64,000 nt of DNA from the human T2T-CHM13v2.0 reference genome, Homo sapiens: the NCBI RefSeq assembly GCF_009914755.1, contig NC_060929.1, one strand, 5' to 3'. This document shows, piece by piece, positions 1-64,000 of this stretch. Position 1 is the stretch's first letter; every line of letters starts with the position of its first letter. The position numbers and the translations under genes were made by a program. Under the pieces are notes generated by a model, which did no database searches, was not told the origin of the DNA, and saw nothing but the letters and a program-made list of their open reading frames with translations.

Positions 1-1196
1 ACTCAGGAGTCTGAGGCAGGAGAATCACTTGAACCCAGGAAGCAGAGGTTGCAGTGAGCCAAGATCGCTCTACTGCACTCCAGCCAGGGCGACAGAGTGA
101 GACTCCGTCTCATTTTAAAAAAAAAGCAACAGTCACATGTTCTTGATGTACACATAGTCTAATGGTTAGATTTCACTTATTTGGGCTGGGCGCTGTGGCT
201 CATGCCTGTAATCCCAGCATTTAGGGAGACCGAGGCAGGTGGACTGCTTGAGTCCATGAGTTCCAGACCAGCCTGGGCAACATAGTGAGACCCCATCTCT
301 ACATTAAAAAAATTTTTTTTTTAAGATTTCATTCACTTGAATTTTGTGCTGGAGGAAGTTTGTTTGTATATTATATTTTAAAGGGAGGTGCTATTAAATT
401 AACGCCACAAATAAGACTACAGGTGGAGGTTTTGAACTACTTAGGACAATAACCTTGTTGAGTGCTGGTTTTCAAGGGGATCCTGGCATAATGAGTGGCA
501 TTCTGGACATGAGCCAGAAACCTGGATTGAGAACCAATTGAGGTACAGCCATTAGCTTGACCTTGGGCACATCTCTTAGCCACCTTGAGCCTTATTTGCT
601 TCAACTATAAATTAAGGGGTTAAATTAGGTGGTTTTAAATTAACTGGCAAACCTTCTTTTCAAGCAGATATATGAGCAAGAGCAAGTAGTAGTTAGGTGT
701 AAATAACAGCATTAGTGCCTTTAGTAATACAGTGAATGAAAAGAGATTTGGAGGTGCCTTCTGAGTGATAAGGGAAGAGAACCTGTGATTTTCAGCCACA
801 AAGAACAATAGCATAAACTAAATAAAGCCCCCAATTCCACTCTATTGATTTAAATACAATAAATCCATTAAATGAAGGAACTTGTTTTGTACACAACACT
901 TAGGTAGCCCCATGAGAAAAACAAAAAGCTTCCCATGTCTGTGAAAAAGCACCATGAAGCAGTGGAAAGGCTTCAGAGGTAGATATAATTGAGTTCAGCA
1001 GGGGATAAAAATACATTTTCCCTACTCATCCTAGGTTCATGGCTGAGGCCCCATAACAAAAGACAGTTCAAAATCCTGGCTCTATTAATTCCTAGGTAAG
1101 GCATTAGTAGGATCTTTTAATTTCCAGATAAAATCACTTTAACCTCAGGATTGCTGCTGTGAGAATTAAATAACATAAGTATTAATAAGAGTGCCA

Positions 1197-1493
<297 letters not shown>

Positions 1494-1609
1494 GTGCCTA
1501 GTACAGTGCTTGGCATATAATGAATAACAGCAAATAGTAATCTTTCCATTAATGATGGGAACATAATCCATATATAAATAAGCTAAGTAAAAATACTAAA
1601 GGGAAATAA

Positions 1610-1810
1610 TAACAGCTAATGTTGACTGAATGTTTCCTCTTTGCCAGTAGGAACTGTTATATACTTTTACATATATTATCACATTTAGTACTCACAACAG
1701 CTCTGTGAGATGGGAACTACCATTATCCCCATTTTATAGATGAAGAAACTGAGACTCAGCAAGATTAAGCAAACTTCCCCATTGTCACAGAGCTAGGAAG
1801 TCATGGAGTC
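1610..1810 (+). mobile_element. MIR element (others at about 35360-35900 split by an Alu, 44700-44970 and 61780-61930)
   Basis: Core attatccccattttatagatgaagaaactgagactcag. Confidence 0.8.
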
Positions 1811-2442
1811 ATGATAAAAACTGCTTTGTTGGGAGACTGAACGAACCTATTCTTGTTTGGGAGGTTACCAGATAATTCACTTTAAAAATACATAAATGTT
1901 TGTAAAAACTGCTTTGCTGTCTCCAAAGGCCAAATGTTAAACTACTTCATAATGTACTGTCCAGCACATTATGTCAAGGAAATATATTAACTACAAGCCA
2001 AGTCAGAATTTAAGTATGAGTAGTTCACAGGCATAAGAGATAAGCATGTATTAGAGCAAAATTACAGGAAATTATCTTGTAGGCTTGAAATTGTATAAAC
2101 AGAAAGAGGAGGGTCGTCCAGTGTTTGTGATGTCGGGGAGCAAGGGCAAAGGAAGAGAATGGCTTTAGCAAATGTAGACGGGAATGAGCAAGGGAGCAAA
2201 CAGACCACTCTAGCTAGAGCAGAGTCCATAAAGGCAGGTACGGGGGAGATTAGTTTAGAAAAATAAGCATTAGAAAGATAAGCACTGGCCAGTCTGTGGG
2301 AGCCCTGAATATCAGACTAACATAAATATAATTTTTTTAACCATATCAGCTACACACTAGATACTCAATAAGTAATTGTTGATTGTCACAAAGTAGAGAG
2401 AATTAATTTCAAACCTAGTTACTCAACGGACATAGGATGTAG

Positions 2443-3044
<602 letters not shown>

Positions 3045-3058
3045 AGTATACTGTTTTA

Positions 3059-3403
<345 letters not shown>

Positions 3404-4634
3404 TCAAAATCTTTATAGCAGTTATGTGGAGGTCAGAAGCATTCTAAATATAAAGGGAAATGATCAAGATAAGGGCAGGAAAAAAGATGAAGAGGCTTTA
3501 AAAAGAATAGAGCTATAAAGAGGAAGAAGAGAAAAGTACTACATGAAGAGAAAAAGGGAGGGAATCCAGTGAAAAGGCCAGCTCAGATGGCTTAGGAGAA
3601 CTTAAAGCCAGGCCTTAGAGCCAGGTAGCTACCGAAGAATTGAAGGAGGAGGGCACGGGGGCACCCAGAATCTACAGGAAGCTAAACAAAGTCTGACTTC
3701 CTACACACAATAGTGTGTTCGGGTTGGCACCTTCCATTTTAGCAACAGAGAGATATAATAATATGATTTCACCAAGGGGACAATACCCTAATAATATTAC
3801 ATTTTAATTTAATTTAGGATACATATTTGTTTCTCACCACAAAGATGACAACAGTTTCAAATATTACATTTTCTTAAATCATCCCTGAGAAGCATGAAGG
3901 AATTGATAATGGTTTGCCATTTACATGTTGAACCTGTATCTATAAAAGTTGCAAACAGGCTAAGTTAAACTAGAACTTAAATTAGATATAGTACTTTATT
4001 TTAATTGAGCTTTGAAAGACTGAAGGCTTAAAGTCTAAACATTTTCATCTGAGATGTTTAGTCCATATCCAGTCATCAGATGGTTAGGAGTTTGGCATGA
4101 CTAATTCTTCACAGTCCATTTGCTAAATGACACATTATAAAAGCAAGCACCACTGAAAAGGATGTGCTTATCTCTAAAGCTCCAACCTCATTGCAGACTG
4201 ACTGCTTTATATTGGTCCTTGTCTAACCATTTTATGGTACAAGAAGACTCTAACCACATATATATGTTAAAGACTCCTTGAAATGTTCTCACAGTGGCAA
4301 GGACCAGAAACACTAAAGTTCAGAGAGGCTGTCCTTCTGGCCCCAACATAAAGGCCGCCCAGAAGGATCAGGATTTTATAATCCTGATTAAGATGTGTTA
4401 TCCTCCCCCTCAAGATGGAGATGCTTATTCTTATAAAATAGCTTAACCCTCTCCATCCCACAATTAGATAACTTGTATTGAGAAGTAACCAGCTCCTAGC
4501 AGAACAGTTGAGAATGCTAATTAAGTAAGCTCAGTAAGGCTGCTTTAAAATGAAAAATCCTGAAAATTGAGAGAGATCCAAACTTTGCAAAGAGTTTAAA
4601 AGGAAGACCCAGAAATTGTGCTTCAGGTTGACAC

Positions 4635-4762
4635 ACTGTTGGTAGTTTGCATTTTTCAAAGGCTTTGTCTATTTCATCTAATTTGTTCGATTTATTGGCA
4701 TAAAGTTGTTCATAATATTCCCCAATTGTCCTTTTAGTATTTGTAAGGTCTGTAGTGATTTG
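4635..4762 (-). mobile_element. Old L1 ORF2 fragment
   Basis: Translates to IGEYYEQLYANKSNKLDEIDKAFEKCKLP, resembling L1 ORF2p. Confidence 0.8.
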
Positions 4763-6650
4763 ACAACTATTCGGCTGAATAAGCACAATTGGCTTGAGAA
4801 AGAATAAGGTGTGGGGGGCAGTAATTTGAGCCTGCTTTGATAGATCTTATGAAGCATAACTTTTCAAGGAGCATTCTCCCCACCTTGGCCAAAAAAATGC
4901 AGATGAGGTTAGTGGAGGTGGGGAATGGAATTTTTTTATGGGTCTAGTGATTGGGCTGTTGGTCTGATTAGCTGCCCATTTGTCTGCAAGTTGCTTTCTC
5001 CTCCCATTCTGTGCTCCCTGCCATCACCCTGCAGCTGCTGCCCAGGACGCCTGAGGAAGGGATTCCCTCTGGAGCTGATGGCAGTGGTGCTTTGGAAAGT
5101 GCCGGCAGGGGGTAGGCAATAAAAACAATTTGGTCTGGGAACAAAAGGCATCAGTCACAGCAGTGTCATCAACTCTTGATTTGGATGGGGAGAGAGAAAT
5201 TTCTTGGATCACCCTGGAAGCAGGAAAGGAAGAGGTATCATTTTATTTAGTCATCTCCACTTTCTCCTATGTACTAGAGGCTCTAATTAAATTAATGAGA
5301 AAGCTAATGCAAGACTGCTTCACAAAGATTTTTTTCTTTAGTCATGTCCTTTGGTGAGGTGGAAGAAAGCTATATAAAATTGCCAGAAATCATTGGACTC
5401 TATCTTTAGAAATAACTTCTCTGTTAAGTAAATTTCTCTCGTAAGCCTGGGAGTTTCTGAGATTTAATTAACTTTTGGAACATAATTATGGATCTCAAAT
5501 GAAAGGTGTAAAGATAATATAGAGAATGTTACTAGTAAAGGGACTAACAAAAACAACCCAAGAAAAGCAATTGAAGTCACAGAAATAGCAAACTGAGAAG
5601 AACTGGACCATCTCTGAATCAAAAATCAAACCTTAGACCAGGTGCAGTGGCTCACGCCTATAATCTGAACACTTCGAGAGGCCAAAGCAGAAGAATAGCT
5701 GGAGCCCAGGAGTAAAAGACCAGCCTGGGCAACGTAGTGAGACCCCGTCTCTACAAAAAAAAATTTTTAATTAGCTGGGTGTGGTGGCTCATGCCTGTAG
5801 TCCCAGCTACTCAAGAGGTTGAGGTGGGAGGACCACTTGAGCCCAGGAGGTCAAGGCTGCAGTGAGCTATGACAGTGTTACTGCACTCCAGCCTGGGTGA
5901 CAGAATAAGACCCTATATCAAAAAGAAAAAAATAATAAAAGCATCATCTGAATAGTTCTTATAAAGAGTTAACTGCATAAGAGAAGTGGCAGTATTTCCG
6001 AGCTGGGAGAGTACTTCTCAAATACTACATAAGTTTCAAATCAAGCTTATCCATGACACCCTTAACACAGGACAGACAAGTTATTGCCCTGGGCTCCTTC
6101 CTCCAAGCACTATCTCATGCTCCAAAATCCCACACCCACACCCCCCATGCCCATGCCACACACATGCACACAAATAGAAACTTAAGTAGGAATGTCCAGG
6201 TTAGACATGTACCTTTTATTCTGGCTAAGTACAGGAAGATTGGCAAGAGACCTGGGAAGAGGGGGCTTCTAGATGCCATCCCAGATCTAAACTTCTAAAG
6301 AAAAAAAAGAGGAATCTAAACTTCTGTTTAGTTTCAAGTTGTAAGAGAGCTGCATGCCTGCATCCTTTTTTGGCTCTCTTTAGTTCGAGTCCTGGAGAAA
6401 GGAACCAAACAAAGTGACATATCATGCTTAACAAGGATGCCATACTATGATTCAGTGTGATAAAAATGCATTAAGGCACCAGTACTTAACAACCACAAAT
6501 GCATGCACAGTACTTTGGTAACACCTAACAGGTTATGTTGGAAGACAGACTTCTCCTCTTCTAGTTATTTTGGAAGTAAACAAGAAGGCAGACTTCTCAT
6601 TTTCCTACTCACCCTATGCTACACTTCCCAGTTCCTGGCCCATGAAGTAA

Positions 6651-7563
<913 letters not shown>

Positions 7564-7736
7564 TGAGCCACCGAGCCCGGCCATCTTTTTTGTTTGTTTG
7601 TTTGATATTTTTAGACAGGCTGGAGAGCACTGGTGTGATTATGGCTTACCGCAGCCTTGACCTCCTGGGCTCAAGCAATCCTCCCGCCTCAGCTTCCAAA
7701 GTGGCTGGGAACAGAAGTGCAGGCCACTACACCTAG

Positions 7737-8033
<297 letters not shown>

Positions 8034-8288
8034 TAAAAAATATAACAATTTATTATTTATCTTTATTTTTAAGATTTTGGTTTGTTCTCCCAACACTGAT
8101 GCTAAAGGTGTTTTGAAATACAGTGGGCACACAGTCTCAGAAGGAATATGTCCAAAACTTCAGAAAAATACCAACAGTGAGAACTTGCAAAACATCTTAG
8201 CCACTGACAGCTTAAACACAGTCTATTAATAAGGAAGTGTTGCCAGCCCTTTAAAGCTGACATTTGTTACAACATTTATTTTTCGTAA

Positions 8289-8593
<305 letters not shown>

Positions 8594-9055
8594 TATTTTT
8601 CGTAATCTTAATGTTTCTTTTAATCACAAAAGTAGTTACATAAATGCTGTAGAAAAATTTAAAATACAGCTAAGCAAAAGAAGAAAAATAAAATATTTCT
8701 ACCATCCAGAGATTATAGATAAAAACACTTGAGTGGGTATCCTTCTACATGTTATTCTATACACATTTATTTATTCATTTTTTAATCTAAATGAGAACAC
8801 ATGGCTGGGCACAATGGCTCATGCCTATAAACCTAACACTTTGGGAGGGCGAAGCAGGAGGATTGCTTGAGCCCAGGAGTTTGAGACCAGCCTGGGCAAC
8901 ATAGCGGGACCCTATCTTATTAAAACAAACAAAAAAAACCAAAACCAAACCAAAACCAAATGGGCGTACACTGTGCATATTGCTTTGTAACATACTTTTT
9001 TTCAGCTAACAATCTTTCTGTTTTCACATTTTCTTACATTATACTTTCTTTTCTC

Positions 9056-9356
9056 TTTTTTTTTTTTTTTTTTTTTGAGACAGAGTCTCGCTCTGTCACC
9101 CAGGCTGGAGGGCAGTGGTGCGATCTCGGCTCACTGCAAGCTCCGCCCCCTGGGTTCACGCCATTCTCCTGCCTCAGCCTCCCGAGTAGCTGGGAATACA
9201 GGCGCCGCCACTACGCCCGGCTAATTGTTTGTATATTTAGTAGAGACGGGGTTTCACCGTGTTAGCCAGGATGGTCTCGATCTCCTGACCTCGTGATCCA
9301 CCCGCCTCGGCCTCCCAAAGTGCTGGGATTAGAGGCGTGAGCCACCAAGACCGGCC
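9056..9356 (-). mobile_element. AluY with no recognisable TSD
   Basis: Full dimer that abuts the truncated MADE1. Confidence 0.9.
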
Positions 9357-9421
9357 GTGATTGTGGTTTTTGCCATTGTTTTTTAATGACAAAAACCATA
9401 ATTGCTTTTGCACCAGCCTAA
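9357..9421. mobile_element. MADE1 (Hsmar1-derived MITE), left end truncated
   Basis: Palindromic gtgattgtggtttttgccatt...aatgacaaaaaccataattgcttttgcaccagcctaa followed by TA. Confidence 0.8.
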
Positions 9422-9514
9422 TAGTTATCCAAGTGATTAGTTTAAGATCATCCCCTGGTTCTGGCCATTTTCATTGTACCAAAAAATTACTTATATACTT
9501 ACACCTTTCTATTT

Positions 9515-9520
9515 TTTATT
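9515..9520 (-). terminator. NME5: NME5 distal poly(A) signal AATAAA (a proximal AATAAA lies at 9895-9900)
   Basis: tttatt on the + strand about 490 nt past the stop codon. Confidence 0.65.
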
Positions 9521-10004
9521 TTTTACATCAAACAGGTAATGTGATGATGCTGTAACAAGGTTTGAGGGAAGCATATCTGACACATGAGCATGAAACCAAA
9601 TCACCATGCTTATGGACTACAAAAGGACCTAAGCCTTTTAAACTAGACTGTCTCAACTGTGCATTAATTATGTATTTAGATATAGGATATGTGCTTGGGA
9701 AAATGTATAACTAAACTTTATGTCTTACTTCTCAAACTTAAGAAAAACAAAAACATCTAGCAACATCTTACATGAGTTTTCCATTACCTAGTGTTACATC
9801 ATTGTTAAAATCATACTCTAAGCCTATATTTTACCTTAATGTTATCTGCTTCATAGAATAGTTATTCCTTTAACACTTATTTTTAAGAAATAAATTTATT
9901 TTACTTGTAGTTACTTAAACCCTAGAAATAATTTTTTCAAACAGTAGAAGTACAGCCTTTTATAATAAGATAGTTCATGATTTGTTCTTTCGAGGATTTT
10001 TTTT

Positions 10005-33112
<23,108 letters not shown>

Positions 33113-33702
33113 TATGGCTTTTCAGGGCACAAATTAAGAGTTTCTTAACAGGTATCAACTGCAATGACATGCATTTCCCCCCACCCCCATCGCAAATTCA
33201 ATGTAATTATGATTAAGAATAGCAATAGTAGGTACTTGATTTTATTAACTGATGAAGGTAGAAACTGCCATGTTTTTCTATATACAGGGTCTCAATAATA
33301 GGATTCCTACTATGTCCAAATCGAGCCCCGGCTTTTCGTATACGATGTCACCAAGGCAGGAAGGACTATGGGCTCACATAACCAGAGGCCAAGGGGCGAC
33401 CCGAAGGCCTGGAACCAGCAACAGCCCCAGGCAGCAGAGGGCGGTGGGGCGGGTGGTGGGGGCTCGAGGGGGCGGTAGAGCGGGTGGTGGGGGCTCGAGG
33501 GGACGGTGGCTGGTGGGCAACCACACACCATTACAGCGGCGGGTGAGCGGCCTCGGCCAGCTGCCTCTGTGAAGCGACCCTGTCCCGCAGGGACCTCTCT
33601 GTGCATAGGGTCAGGCTAATTGAAAAGCAGGGCCTCTAGGTCCGCGGGGACTTTCCGGGTTGCACCTGCAAATTCTGAATTTGACCCTCTCTAAGTACTC
33701 AC

Positions 33703-33765
33703 CTCAGCGGCCGTCCTCATATGGTACAACTTGTTGCTAGGAGACCTGAAGCCCCAGCGTGGGGA
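33703..33765 (-). other. NME5: NME5 non-coding exon 1 (5' end approximate)
   Basis: Strong donor GAG|GTGAGT at 33703/33702 in a GC-rich region upstream of the ATG exon. The TSS cannot be fixed from sequence. Confidence 0.8.
33733..33745. promoter_or_regulatory. RFX X-box at the NME5 5' end
   Basis: GTTGCTAGGAGAC (reverse GTCTCCTAGCAAC) fits the 13-bp X-box typical of ciliary gene promoters. Confidence 0.7.
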
Positions 33766-34116
33766 CGGTGGCTGCAGAGAGCCAATCCCAGCAAGGAACC
33801 TTGCAGCTTCTGGCCAGTTCGTTTTAACCAAAGGGAGCCAGCCAGTCACTTTTATTCTCCTTGTGAATCTTAGAGCACTAGATGTTTTCTGACATTTTAC
33901 TCATAATTTATCTTATTTCATCCTTCTTCCCGTTTGAAGGATGCTTCAATTATCCCTACTCTATAAATGATAAGAACCCCTCCCCCAACCATTCCTTTCC
34001 AGGCGGTATATGTAAATGACCCGTGTCAGATACCTTCGTTTCACCAGATGATGCTGTGCCCTCTATGCCCAGCTTATCTAGTCATTAAAAAGCAATATTC
34101 CTATTGTGTAAATACA

Positions 34117-34122
34117 TTTATT
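34117..34122 (-). terminator. BRD8: Poly(A) signal of the long BRD8 isoform
   Basis: AATAAA about 285 nt after the stop codon. Confidence 0.75.
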
Positions 34123-34405
34123 TATAGAGTAAAAGGCTTAGAAAAGATCTAATGGAATTGTCTTTAAATCAAGCCGATGGAACAAAGATGTGGGCAACAT
34201 TTATGGCATAAATCCAAACCTCAGCTTCCCCTTTTTTTCTTTATATTATGTCCACATGCATCTTTGACTCGTTGGTTGTGAGTTAAGGTATTATTCTTGT
34301 TGGAAAAGAAAATGAGGACATGGCAAAGAAGTACCAGGATCCTCTCTAGGTCAGAGTTCCGGGAGAGATTCAAACTCTAGAAAAAGTCAGGATAGCAGCT
34401 CCAGG

Positions 34406-63652
<29,247 letters not shown>

Positions 63653-64000
63653 CTAGAACATAAAAGAGAACAATGTCCAAATCTTCAAGATTAAATAAAT
63701 GAAACTTGACACTAGTCTGCTATTATACAATAAAGGACAAATAGGTATGTTGCATTACTAAAGCAGCATAATAAGTTTGGATTAGAAAGCTTTAACACTT
63801 CTAGAGATGGATAACTTTTTAGCCTAATTTTTCCTAAGGGCAATTCTCACACTAAGAAACTCCTTTAACAATCTCAAACTACTTAATTATCCCAAAGGTC
63901 CTTGGAGTGGGAAAGTAGTTTAAACATCCTTTAATATTCTCTTTAGCAACTTACTAATATTCTGCTTTTAAGAACAGGAAGGCCAGGTGCAGTGGCTCAC

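Larger units (their letters stand above)
33300..33830. promoter_or_regulatory. GC/CpG-enriched NME5 promoter and intron-1 region
   Basis: Local rise in GC and CpG, SP/KLF-like GGGCGG motifs, spans exon 1. Confidence 0.7.

Noticed and set aside
33252-33606. Overlapping ORFs of about 100 aa in NME5 intron 1
   Set aside because: Expected by chance in GC-rich low-complexity DNA; no homology recognised.

Overview
Primate (almost certainly human, 5q31 region) genomic DNA that is very rich in Alu elements. It contains two tandem minus-strand protein-coding genes, which I reconstructed exon by exon from GT-AG boundaries and reading-frame phase. The first is the complete NME5 gene (non-coding exon 1 at about 33.7 kb, CDS 33112 down to 10005, 212 aa, NDK-like domain plus Dpy-30-like tail). 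The second is the 3' part of BRD8, which enters from the right edge. BRD8 has a short one-bromodomain form ending at 51486 and a long two-bromodomain form ending at 34406, whose poly(A) signal lies only about 350 bp upstream of NME5 exon 1. The left about 9.5 kb is intergenic. The introns hold two U6 retrocopies, a tailless 5S rRNA retrocopy, a solo LTR12, MaLR, MER47A, MER30, MADE1, L1 and MIR pieces. The most interesting signals are: (i) the long BRD8 tail is a four-exon tandem duplicate of the first bromodomain block and starts with its own ATG, like a nested paralog; (ii) a spliced uORF whose stop overlaps the NME5 start (TAATG); (iii) a terminal BRD8 intron that regenerates its own 5' splice site; (iv) a (UG)n microsatellite placed as the downstream element of the poly(A) site that decides between short and long BRD8; (v) candidate micro-exons and poison exons. 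Nearly all ORFs in the supplied track are Alu/L1 artefacts. No bacterial-type system (CRISPR etc.) is present. Repeat subfamily names and boundaries are by-eye calls.
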